A stretch of DNA of 33,705 bases from positions 1 through 33,705 of the forward strand of contig CANQWL010000002.1 in NCBI GenBank assembly GCA_947627555.1, read 5' to 3'. The notes beneath the pieces were generated by a model. The model was not told where the DNA came from. It did no database searches and saw only the letters and a list, made by a program, of their open reading frames with translations. How positions within the stretch are numbered: the stretch's first letter is position 1; each line of letters opens with the position of its first letter. Positions 9,470 through 19,148 of the stretch are shown here, one piece after another. The position numbers were made by a program, and so were the translations under genes. Source of the DNA: an uncultured Clostridia bacterium (GTDB lineage Bacteria > Bacillota > Clostridia > TANB77 > CAG-508).

Positions 9470-10582
9470 TTATTTTGTTAATTTTATTCCAAATATTATT
9501 TCTATATTTTTTAAATCTTCTAATTTATAAGTATTATTATATTTTAATTCCAGTACAATGTTGTCATTCCAGTCAGACATTTGTGTTACAACTGGTTCAA
9601 AATTATAATAATATTTGTTATCCTTTTTTTCTTCTATTTTTCCTTCTTCGTTGTACCTATTAATTCTTAAAGAGTAATATTTATTTTTAAGTTTTACTCC
9701 TTCTTCTAATGTTATAGAAATTCCAGTTGAATATATTTTATATGATTTTATCATTAAGTATTGACTTTCATCATTTGTATATGGTATATAGTTTTTTGTT
9801 TTATTATCATATACTAGTAATATTTTAAAGTTTTCTAGTTCCTCATTTTGTACTTTATTTTGTTTTATTACATTATTTTCAAAAACATAATTAATTGATT
9901 CTACTGCATTTTCATATTTATCTACTCTATTTACTAAATCTGGCCTTAATTGTCCTTCTATAATAATATTTTGGTTTATTTCATTAACCTCTAATGTATC
10001 ATTTTGATATTTTTCAATTGTTAAAACTATGTCTTTTACATAAGAACTAGAATTGTCTATTAATTTATAATCGCAATTAAATTTATAATAATTGCCTTCT
10101 GCTTTTTCTAATATTTCATTTTGCCAATTCTCATCTTTATTTGTTTTTTCTATATCTATATTTTTATCAACATCTTTATAAATTACTTTTATTATGTCTT
10201 TTCGTGAATTTGCTATATTTAATATTTGTGTTACATCAAATTTATCAATATACATTTGTTTTGCCATTTTTTGAATATATCCATTAAAGCTATCAATTGT
10301 ATTCTTTTCTTCTTGTTTAGCTTTTTCTTTAGTGTAAAATATTTCTTTTAAAGAATAATTATCTATTATTTCAAGTACATTTTTTGTATATTGGGTTAAT
10401 ACTTGATATTGACACGCATATATAATAATAGTACAAATTATGGAAAACGTTATTGCAATTACTTGATTTCTATTATTTTTATATTTTTTAAGTATAGCAA
10501 TTCCAATAATTATTAGTGGTATAATAATTACTGCTGCTATATATACTAAATAAAACCCAAATGCTCTAAATATACTATTCAT
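9470..10582 (-). CDS. Hypothetical membrane-anchored protein
   Basis: 370 aa. Two N-terminal hydrophobic helices, then an Asn/Lys/Glu-rich soluble region. AAGGAG RBS. No domain recognised. Confidence 0.6.
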   Translation of the reverse strand: MNSIFRAFGFYLVYIAAVIIIPLIIIGIAILKKYKNNRNQVIAITFSIICTIIIYACQYQVLTQYTKNVLEIIDNYSLKEIFYTKEKAKQEEKNTIDSFNGYIQKMAKQMYIDKFDVTQILNIANSRKDIIKVIYKDVDKNIDIEKTNKDENWQNEILEKAEGNYYKFNCDYKLIDNSSSYVKDIVLTIEKYQNDTLEVNEINQNIIIEGQLRPDLVNRVDKYENAVESINYVFENNVIKQNKVQNEELENFKILLVYDNKTKNYIPYTNDESQYLMIKSYKIYSTGISITLEEGVKLKNKYYSLRINRYNEEGKIEEKKDNKYYYNFEPVVTQMSDWNDNIVLELKYNNTYKLEDLKNIEIIFGIKLTK

Positions 10583-10608
10583 ATATTACTCCTTTTCAAA
10601 AAAAACTA

Positions 10609-11862
10609 TTAATCTCCAAAAGCAGTTGCACCTATTACTTTTCCTAATCTTTTATCTATATATATACTTATTCCGTTAAGCATATCTGAGTCATTTCTTG
10701 TAAAACAATATACATCTACTGTTTTGTCTGATGTCCAATCTCTTTCTTCTAATTTTCTTGTAAAGAAATTATTCGGTGTTGCAGTTTGTTCTTTAACTTC
10801 TTGTGTTTTTTCATCATATTCTCCCACAACTCTTTTTGCTTCTTCAAATGCTTTTTCTGCTGTTTTAGTTGCATCTTGGAGTGATATCTTATTTGTTGAT
10901 TTGTTATATTCTTGTAAGAATTCATCAAAATTAGTTACAAATATGTTTGTGTCTAATTGCTCTACTTGTTTATCATATTCTACTTTAAAATTATCATTTG
11001 ATACGTTATTTGAAATTTCTACTAAATCTGTATTATATATACAATCTGTGTTTATAATTTTACTAGCTATAAGTAAATGACATGTATATTGATAATTGAT
11101 ATTTTCTATTTTGTTATAAAAATATTTTATATTTCCTACACTTACTTTAACATCTATTTTAGGTTCTAATGATATGGTCAATATTAAAACATTATCTTTA
11201 AATGTTTCATCTGTTATAGCTTCATCAAAAGCTAAATTAAACATTTCTTTATACAAATTATATTGTTCAATATCTTTAATTTGTACTTGATGAATTTTAT
11301 AATTTATTTCTTTCATTTCTTGTAAATATTTATATTCTACTGTATTTAATACATTTCTAGAAATCATTTCTTTATATTCTAGCATATATGATTTCTTATT
11401 TTCTGATATATTTTCTAATTCTTTTTTTATTTTATTTAAGTTTTTTATATTTTGAGCACATACTTTTCCACCTGTTTCTTCAAACTTTATCATTCCTGTA
11501 TTTTCTACTTTTTGTAATGGAATTAAATAATTTTTACTTGCTGTTTTATAGTCCAATTCTATAAATGATTTTTCTTTTATCTCTTCTATCTCTGAATCAT
11601 TTCTTGCTGATCCATTTGAAATATATTCTTTTATAGATTGTTCTAATAAGTTTTTAATTTTATTATATTCCTCTGTATCTTTTAAAAACTCAAAATATTG
11701 TCCTTCTTCGTTTTTATATACTATTCTATCTGGAGGTATAATATTTTTTTCAAAAACATTTATTTCTTCATTTAAATCAATTTTTTGTTTTAAAAATAAT
11801 CCAATAAATAATGACATTGCAATTAGTATTAATACTATAATTGTTACTATCTTTTTTTTCAT
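10609..11862 (-). CDS. Hypothetical protein with N-terminal signal/anchor
   Basis: 417 aa with a single N-terminal TM helix (IVTIIVLILIAMSLFIGLFL). The C-terminal ~70 aa look vaguely PepSY-like, which is a low-certainty impression. Confidence 0.6.
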   Translation of the reverse strand: MKKKIVTIIVLILIAMSLFIGLFLKQKIDLNEEINVFEKNIIPPDRIVYKNEEGQYFEFLKDTEEYNKIKNLLEQSIKEYISNGSARNDSEIEEIKEKSFIELDYKTASKNYLIPLQKVENTGMIKFEETGGKVCAQNIKNLNKIKKELENISENKKSYMLEYKEMISRNVLNTVEYKYLQEMKEINYKIHQVQIKDIEQYNLYKEMFNLAFDEAITDETFKDNVLILTISLEPKIDVKVSVGNIKYFYNKIENINYQYTCHLLIASKIINTDCIYNTDLVEISNNVSNDNFKVEYDKQVEQLDTNIFVTNFDEFLQEYNKSTNKISLQDATKTAEKAFEEAKRVVGEYDEKTQEVKEQTATPNNFFTRKLEERDWTSDKTVDVYCFTRNDSDMLNGISIYIDKRLGKVIGATAFGD

Positions 11863-11919
11863 ATAAAACTCTCTCTTTCATTTTATATTATTTTTAGAAT
11901 ATTCCTATGTGCTAATATA

Positions 11920-12639
11920 TTAATATAATTCTATAATAGAATGCATTGTTTCGTTGTCTTCACTTTTTATTACTACTATATTTTTATTATCTCTCTTTGA
12001 ATAGTGACATTTTACTTTATCTCCTAATTTTATTTCCTTCTTATATACTATTCTTACATTATTAAATGGTCTTTTTTCATATACATCTTCTGGTAATGCT
12101 TCGTATGCTAAATCAAGATAATATAAGTTATGCATATGTTTATTTAAATCAATATCTTTTCTAATCACAGTATATTCTAAGGTAGAAATAATTTCCTCTG
12201 GGGCATCTATTTTTTTTAATTCTTCTGAAAATACCATATGTTCTTCAGGATGATATTTTTCCATAATTTCTTCAGTTAATCTTTCTAGTTTTCTGTTAGT
12301 AATATTAATAAGTGTCCATTTTGAGGTTGCTTTTGCACATAATTTACCATTTTGGTCATATATTTCATAATCACGATAAGTAAAATATTTATTCATTCCC
12401 CTTCCCCATGTATGAATCTCTAATTCTGTTCCATATGTTGGTCTATCTATTACTTCTAGTTTCCAATCTAATAATATCCATGTCAATTTTGTTTCTTCTA
12501 TATTATTAACACCATATCCAGCAATATCAGAATGATATCCTCCTATATCCTCTAAAAATTCTAATATTGCTCTATTTTTTATTTTGTTATCTTTTCCTAT
12601 ATCTTTTAAACCTATTTTGAATTTATCTTTGTATATCAT
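11920..12639 (-). CDS. Acyl-[acyl-carrier-protein] thioesterase
   Basis: 239 aa. Double hot-dog pattern typical of bacterial acyl-ACP thioesterases: RAILEFLEDIGGYHSD, TWILLDWKLEVIDRPTYGTELEIHTWG, NKHMHNLYYLDLAYEALP. Confidence 0.8.
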   Translation of the reverse strand: MIYKDKFKIGLKDIGKDNKIKNRAILEFLEDIGGYHSDIAGYGVNNIEETKLTWILLDWKLEVIDRPTYGTELEIHTWGRGMNKYFTYRDYEIYDQNGKLCAKATSKWTLINITNRKLERLTEEIMEKYHPEEHMVFSEELKKIDAPEEIISTLEYTVIRKDIDLNKHMHNLYYLDLAYEALPEDVYEKRPFNNVRIVYKKEIKLGDKVKCHYSKRDNKNIVVIKSEDNETMHSIIELY

Positions 12640-12752
12640 TTTTTCTTTTTATGATATATCAAGCAATTAATATATCATACACTCCTCTCTATCGTAACAA
12701 AAAATGTAGTCACTTTTTATCACAAAAATTTTATTATGAAATCTTATTATGG

Positions 12753-12793
12753 CAAAAAAGGTTGTCCTCTTTTGTCATAAATGAACAACCCTC
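12753..12793 (-). terminator. Weak terminator candidate downstream of pgi
   Basis: 6-7 bp GGTTGT/ACAACC stem with a 19-nt loop, followed on the minus strand by a T6 run. Confidence 0.3.
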
Positions 12794-12814
12794 TTATCAT
12801 ATATTTTTATATTA

Positions 12815-14122
12815 TTAATACCCTGGTTTTTCTAAAAGTTTGAACATATTCTTTTTATATTCTTCTACTCCTGGTTGATTAAATGGATTTACTCCTAAAA
12901 GCATTCCAGACATAGCACAAGATTTTTCAAAGAAATATATTAATTCTCCTATGTTTTCCTCATCTAAGTGTTCCATTGATATTTCTATATTAGGAACATC
13001 TCCTGATACGTGTGCTTGTATAGTTCCTTCCATTGCTTTTTTATTAACATAGTCCATTCCTTTACCTGCTAAATAATTTAATCCATCTAAATTATCATCA
13101 TCTACATTGATTTTTATGTCTGAATTAGGCTTTTTTATTGATAATACAGTTTCAAATAAATTTCTTCTTCCATCTTGAATATATTGTCCCATAGAGTGTA
13201 AATCTGTTGTAAAGTCTACTCCTGCTGGAAAAATTCCTTTTTTCTCTTTTCCTTCACTTTCTCCATATAGTTGTTTCCACCATTCAGTAAAATAGTGCAT
13301 TTTTGGTTCATAATTTACCAATATTTCTATGTTTTTATCTAATTCATATAATATATTTCTTGCTACTGCATATTGGTAACATTCATTATATTTAATATCT
13401 GGATCATCATATCTTAATTGAGCAATTCTTGCTCCTTCCATTAATTTATCTATATCAATTCCTGCTGTTGCAATTGGAAGTAACCCTACTGCTGTTAAAA
13501 CAGAATATCTTCCTCCTACATTATCTGGAACTACAAATTGTTCATATCCTTCATTTTCTGCAAGCGTTTTTAAAGCTCCTTTTTCTCTGTCTGTTGTAGC
13601 ATAAATTCTACTTCTTGCTTCATCAATTCCATATTTATTTTCTAATATTTCTCTGAAAATTCTAAAAGCAATTGCAGGTTCTGTTGTTGTACCTGATTTT
13701 GAAATAACATTAACTGAAAAATCTTTATTGCTTATATATTCAATTAATTCATTAATGTAATTTGGACTTAAGTTATTTCCTACATATAATATTTGTGGAT
13801 ATTTTCTTTTTTTTGTTGGTAACATATTATAAAATGAACTTGTTAATGATTCGATTACTGCTCTTGCTCCTAAATAAGACCCTCCTATTCCTATTACTAT
13901 AAGAACATCAGATTCTTTTCTTATCTTTTTAGCTGCTTTTTTAATTCTTTCAAACTCATCTTTATCATAATTACTTGGTAGTTCTAGCCATCCTACAAAA
14001 TCATTTTCATCATTTGATCTTTTGTGTAATTCTTTATGTATATTCTCTACTTTTTGCTTATATTCTGCAATATTTTTCTTTTCTATCCCGCTATTTTCTA
14101 AATTTAATTTAATACCATTCAT
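12815..14122 (-). CDS. pgi: Glucose-6-phosphate isomerase
   Basis: Motifs [26 protein letters not shown] and YGESEGK, with the ~440 aa size of the Gram-positive type. The start is set at the ATG at 14122 (MNGIKL), which has AGAGAGG 8 nt upstream. The track ORF begins at 14143. Confidence 0.95.
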   Translation of the reverse strand: MNGIKLNLENSGIEKKNIAEYKQKVENIHKELHKRSNDENDFVGWLELPSNYDKDEFERIKKAAKKIRKESDVLIVIGIGGSYLGARAVIESLTSSFYNMLPTKKRKYPQILYVGNNLSPNYINELIEYISNKDFSVNVISKSGTTTEPAIAFRIFREILENKYGIDEARSRIYATTDREKGALKTLAENEGYEQFVVPDNVGGRYSVLTAVGLLPIATAGIDIDKLMEGARIAQLRYDDPDIKYNECYQYAVARNILYELDKNIEILVNYEPKMHYFTEWWKQLYGESEGKEKKGIFPAGVDFTTDLHSMGQYIQDGRRNLFETVLSIKKPNSDIKINVDDDNLDGLNYLAGKGMDYVNKKAMEGTIQAHVSGDVPNIEISMEHLDEENIGELIYFFEKSCAMSGMLLGVNPFNQPGVEEYKKNMFKLLEKPGY

Positions 14123-14154
14123 ATATATTACCTCTCTTTTCATTTGATATACTC

Positions 14155-14183
14155 ATTATATACAAAAATTATTTATAATTCAA
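14155..14183 (-). promoter_or_regulatory. Sigma-A type promoter TTGAAT-17 nt-TATAAT for pgi
   Basis: Minus strand reads TTGAATtataaataatttttgtaTATAATgag. The spacing was counted directly. Confidence 0.55.
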
Positions 14184-14200
14184 TAGTAATTTACAATTTT

Positions 14201-14420
14201 GTGAAACAAGGAGGAGACAAGGGAGGAGACAAGGGGTCAGTCTTCGTGAGACAAGGGGGACAGTCTTCAATTGTCTCATTAAATTGTAAAAAAATGTCGA
14301 ATGAGATATGTAAATAATTAATACTATAATATGACAAAATATGATAAAAATAATGAGACAAATGAAGACTGTCCCCCTTGTCTCACGAAGACTGACCCCT
14401 TGTCTACTCCCTTGTCTCAC
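14201..14420. repeat. GC-rich inverted-repeat element: 54-bp arms (14227-14280 and 14352-14405, 1 mismatch) around a 71-bp AT-rich centre, with degenerate outer arm extensions
   Basis: The reverse complement of the right arm equals the left arm except at 14270. The arms are built from reiterated GAGACAAGG(G) units. The element begins at the spoIIP stop codon and ends just upstream of the pgi promoter. Confidence 0.9.
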
Positions 14421-15610
14421 ATTGCTTCATTCATTACTTTAGCTAAATATTTCATACTAGTTAGGCATTGCTCAAGTGTGTTTCCTGTTGCTCCAACTTC
14501 TATTATGCTTGCGTATTTACCTGTATGTTGATTATATCTTGATTCTGTTAACATTATTGGCTTAAATAATCCTGGATACATTTCTTCTGCTTTTTCTTGT
14601 ATTTTAATTGCAAATTTTAGGTTTTGATTCCAATTTGGATGCCATAAACCTCCAGCATTTGTTCCTATTACAAACATTATTTGTGCTGCCTCATCTGTAT
14701 CTCCTATTTTTACTGTTGGAGCATAATCGCTTCTCGCACCTACTGCATCTCTATGGACATCCATTATTATATCACTTGGAGTTGTTTTTAATATGTTTTC
14801 GACTGTTGCCAATGAACGAGTATATGAACCATTATATGCTGGATAGTCATGATAGTCTGTATTATGTATTACATTATAATTATATTGTTTTAATTGATTT
14901 TCTAATTCTGTTCCAACTCTTGTTACTGTATAGTCTAAATCTGTCGTTCTAAAATTTCCTGTTGGTGTATATGGATATTTTTCACTTGATGTATAACTTT
15001 CGCAACTATGTGTGTGAAATAATACAACATTTTTATTTTCAATAGTAATATTTGGTGTTAACATTTCTTGTGTTAATTCATATCCTGTTTGGTTTTTTAT
15101 TTTAACTTTTCCGTATTCTGTATTATAACTTTCTTGAATTGGATTATTAGTAATAATTTGTGTTGGTAATCCTGTTTGTGCCATTTGAATTTGCGTTTCA
15201 TCTTGCTTTTCTTGAGCTTGCTCACTTTCTTTTTCAGTTCCATTTTTCATATTTTCTTGTTTTTCTTTTTCTACTTTTTTTTCTATATTTTCCATTCCAT
15301 TAATGCTACTAATTTCAGTTTTTAATATTTGTTGTAGAACAGTATCTACGCCTTCTATCTTATTTTCTTCATTTATTTCATTAGTAGAACTTTTATTAAT
15401 TGCTGATATTGTTGGAATTGTTGTATCTATACATTCTAGTGTATTACTTTGTGCTATAGCTTTAGCACTATTCTTTACACCTTCTATAATTTTTCCATTG
15501 TTGTTTCCATCATAAAAATATTTACTTATATAAATTAAAATCAATAAGAATATTAGTCCTATAAAGAACTTCATTATGTCTTTCATTTTTAATACGGTAA
15601 CATTGAACAT
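14417..15610 (-). CDS. spoIIP: Stage II sporulation protein P (SpoIIP)
   Basis: 397 aa. N-terminal TM anchor, low-complexity linker, and a C-terminal SpoIIP amidase/peptidase-like domain (LFHTHSCESY...MDVHRDA...IMFVIG...IIEVGATGNTLEQ). GAGGAG RBS 8 nt upstream. Confidence 0.85.
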   Translation of the reverse strand: MFNVTVLKMKDIMKFFIGLIFLLILIYISKYFYDGNNNGKIIEGVKNSAKAIAQSNTLECIDTTIPTISAINKSSTNEINEENKIEGVDTVLQQILKTEISSINGMENIEKKVEKEKQENMKNGTEKESEQAQEKQDETQIQMAQTGLPTQIITNNPIQESYNTEYGKVKIKNQTGYELTQEMLTPNITIENKNVVLFHTHSCESYTSSEKYPYTPTGNFRTTDLDYTVTRVGTELENQLKQYNYNVIHNTDYHDYPAYNGSYTRSLATVENILKTTPSDIIMDVHRDAVGARSDYAPTVKIGDTDEAAQIMFVIGTNAGGLWHPNWNQNLKFAIKIQEKAEEMYPGLFKPIMLTESRYNQHTGKYASIIEVGATGNTLEQCLTSMKYLAKVMNEAM

Positions 15611-15673
15611 ATTTTTCTCCTCATCTTAAGTCTACTATATATATGTATATTCAATAATCGTATTATTTATAAC

Positions 15674-15720
15674 TAAAAAACAGTCTTAGATAATAGTATC
15701 ATAACTATTATCTAGGACTG
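15674..15720 (-). terminator. Rho-independent terminator downstream of the small membrane-protein gene
   Basis: 17-bp stem CAGTCTTAGATAATAGT/ACTATTATCTAGGACTG with one G-U position, followed on the minus strand by T6. Confidence 0.65.
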
Positions 15721-15788
15721 TTAAATTTGTTTTAATTCAATATTAAATATAATTACTATAATATAAATAATCATATAAAAAATTTAAA

Positions 15789-16127
15789 CTATACTTTTTT
15801 CCAAAACCAATCTAAACTATTATCAATACTTTTCTTTCCTTTTTCTTTAGTTTCAATATCATCTACCCATAAGTATGCAAAAAATGTTATAAAAACAAAT
15901 ACAAAATCTATTGCAATACATTTTGATAAAACAGGTAATAATACTCTATATTCTTCTGATAGTGTTGTAATTTGAACTACATGAGTAACTAGTAATGCTA
16001 GAAAGCCAAATAAGGCAATTGCTCCTACATAACTCTTTTTTATCTCCTGTGCTAAAAATATTAATAATATTGTTGCTATTAACATTAACAATAATGTTAA
16101 TGGATCTGACATATTAACAAAAATCAT
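15789..16127 (-). CDS. Small hypothetical membrane protein
   Basis: 112 aa with three hydrophobic helices. GGAGG RBS 7 nt upstream. Confidence 0.5.
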   Translation of the reverse strand: MIFVNMSDPLTLLLMLIATILLIFLAQEIKKSYVGAIALFGFLALLVTHVVQITTLSEEYRVLLPVLSKCIAIDFVFVFITFFAYLWVDDIETKEKGKKSIDNSLDWFWKKV

Positions 16128-16272
16128 CTTTCTTCCTCCATTTTTCTTTTGTTACCAATAATATAATATCACTAAATATATTAATTATCAATATTTTTTT
16201 GTTACTTTTATATTACATTTTTATTACAATTTCATTTTTATTGTTAATTCTTTGACTAAGATTTTTATTAAT

Positions 16273-17315
16273 TTATTTACTATTTCTAAGTTTTATAATG
16301 TTTTGAATCTTTTTTTCATAAAATTCATATATAACTGTCGAAATCAAAAATATAATAATATACGTAATTCCTACATAACAAATATTATAATGACCTGTTA
16401 GATTTATTATTTTTAATAATATAATATATCCTATATTTTGATGAATTAAATACTGAATAAAAGAAGTCTTACCCATATATAATAATAAATGTAGTTTGCA
16501 TGATTTTATTGGATATTTTATAAGAATAATAAATATAACTGTAAAAATAAAAATGCCTATAAAAACTATTATATTACTAGATATTATAATATTAACAATA
16601 CTCATAAAAAATATAATATAATTAGTTAATTGTTTTTTATTTTCTGTTAATATAAATTTTAATGATATTCCTATTAATAAATATCCTAAATAATCACCAC
16701 CAGTTAGTATGTATAAATATTCAAGTCTACTATAATAACTTGACATTATATTTAATAAATTATTAATTATTAAAATAACAATAAAATAATACTTACCTTT
16801 ATTTAGTTTATCTCTAAAGCAGCTTATATATATAGCAGAAATTATATAAAATATAATTAAATATGTTAAATACCAATGGGCCCCATCAACATGTTTTATT
16901 TGTCCGTACTCCACCTAAAAAAAATAAATTACATATATATTCTAGAAAAGAGGGTTGTCTTCCTTCTAATCCAAAAGTAGAAATACATATAAAAATTATT
17001 GTCATGCATAATACATAAGATGGATATACACGTAATATTTTATTTTTTAAGTAATTAAAAATTTTTATATTTTTTTCAGATTTCGGAAGCATAAAATAGC
17101 CACTTATTATAAAGAAGCAAGCTACTGCTGTACCCCCCCCATTTAGATAATGTAACAAAATTAATTGTTTTTATATTAAATAATTCTTCAAATTTGTATG
17201 TATAATGATAAAATATTACCATTAAAATTAAAATTGCTCTCAGCATTTCTATTCCTAAATTCTTTGATTCATAAATACTTTTTACTTTTATATCATTGTT
17301 ATTAAATTTTTTCAT
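16273..17315 (-). pseudogene. Acyltransferase family 3 (OafA/YrhL-type O-acyltransferase), split into three frames
   Basis: ORFs 17076-17315, 16886-17158 and 16273-16914 together read as one ~347-aa AT3 protein: LGIEMLRAILILMVIFYHY / GGGTAVACFFIISGYFM / RVYPSY / VDGAHWYLTYLIIFY, plus a C-terminal multi-TM region. The first break is at a G8 tract (17133-17140). The second break lies in 16886-16916. Confidence 0.8.
17133..17140 (-). repeat. Poly-G(8) tract on the coding strand, at the first frameshift of the acyltransferase
   Basis: The plus strand reads TACCCCCCCCA. Frames were worked out by hand, and G7 fuses ...FVTLSKWGG to TAVACFFIISGYFM. Confidence 0.9.
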
Positions 17316-17506
17316 AATTAATTTTTATCCTTTTCATATATTATTGAGTAATATTGTTATATTTTTATTGACAAAATTTTTACTTTTTTTATTAAACTCC
17401 TTATATTAATTTTGCTCATATTATTAAATAAAGTTTTTAGAACTGTCTTTTATTAATATAAAATAAATTAATAGATTATATACTTTTATATATTTTCTCT
17501 CATCAC

Positions 17507-18274
<768 letters not shown>

Positions 18275-18302
18275 ATTTCTCCCTCCTACATTTTTTGTAT
18301 AA

Positions 18303-19124
18303 TTATTTCATATATGCTTTATAATAATGATGTGCTATTCTTTCATTTTCTGGTGGTAATTTCATATAATCTCCATACAATATTTTTAAACATTCATCAT
18401 AATTATAAGGAACTCTAAAAGTTTTACCGTTAAAATTTTTATAACATTCTAAATTTTTTCCATCATCTAACATGTTTTTGGTAAATTTTCTATCAAAATT
18501 GCTATTCCAACATAAAACATCAATATATTTTGATTTTTCAAAAGTATATTTTTGTGATATTTTATCAATTTTTTCTATAATTCTATTTAAATTTTTATTT
18601 TTTATCATCAAATAGTAAGGATATTTTAAAATTGTCCTTATTCTTGATTTACTAGGAATAAATGCATTTCTTCCTAGTATTCGTATGTTTTTAATGATAT
18701 GTTCTAATTTTCTATATAACCTTTTGTCATTAATACATACTCCATCTAAAGGATATATATCAACAAATAAACCTAATCCATAATCTTTAGCATCCTTATA
18801 ATCTATATAATATCGTGTATCTGAAAATCTAGCTATTGGATATATATATTTTTCATTTGTTGAGTAATGAATAAGTTCAAATGGTTTTAATTTTTTATTA
18901 TTTTCTTTACAATAAGAAATAAACTTTTCATAATCATCTCTCGGTACCCATACATCTATATCATCATCCCAAGGTATAAACCCTTCATGTCTTATAGCCC
19001 CTAGCAATGTTCCATAAGTTAAATAATACTTCCAACCATTTTCATCAAAAATTTCCTTTATTCTTTTTAAAACTTCAAAACTTCCTTGTTGAATTTGCTC
19101 AAGTGTAAGTTCTTTCTTTTCCAT
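18303..19124 (-). CDS. LicD family phosphotransferase
   Basis: 273 aa with the LicD signature YGTLLGAIRHEGFIPWDDDIDVWVPRDDY. Confidence 0.85.
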   Translation of the reverse strand: MEKKELTLEQIQQGSFEVLKRIKEIFDENGWKYYLTYGTLLGAIRHEGFIPWDDDIDVWVPRDDYEKFISYCKENNKKLKPFELIHYSTNEKYIYPIARFSDTRYYIDYKDAKDYGLGLFVDIYPLDGVCINDKRLYRKLEHIIKNIRILGRNAFIPSKSRIRTILKYPYYLMIKNKNLNRIIEKIDKISQKYTFEKSKYIDVLCWNSNFDRKFTKNMLDDGKNLECYKNFNGKTFRVPYNYDECLKILYGDYMKLPPENERIAHHYYKAYMK

Positions 19125-19148
19125 ATTTTTTACATCTCCTATTATATT

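Noticed and set aside
12651-12678. 9-bp inverted repeat ATGATATAT/ATATATCAT just upstream of the thioesterase start, and a 3-codon mini-ORF with a GAGGAG nearby
   Set aside because: It is AT-only, low-information sequence. The mini-ORF's RBS spacing is only 3 nt. The likeliest explanation is a chance palindrome in the 5' UTR.
14169-14420. 83-aa minus-strand ORF (MRQGSRQGVSLRETRG...)
   Set aside because: It is simply the translation of the inverted-repeat element. The two ends of the peptide mirror the arms, it has no RBS, and it overlaps the spoIIP stop. I treat it as non-coding.
14201-14420. CRISPR-like array suggested by the repeated GAGACAAGG units
   Set aside because: The units are tandem or abutting without regular unique spacers, and the overall structure is a single long inverted repeat. 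It is not a CRISPR array.
16917-16924. A8/T8 run as a slipped-strand switch for the second acyltransferase frameshift
   Set aside because: Worked through by hand. T7 gives an immediate TAG and T9 reaches a TAA a few codons on, so length changes in this run cannot join the frames.
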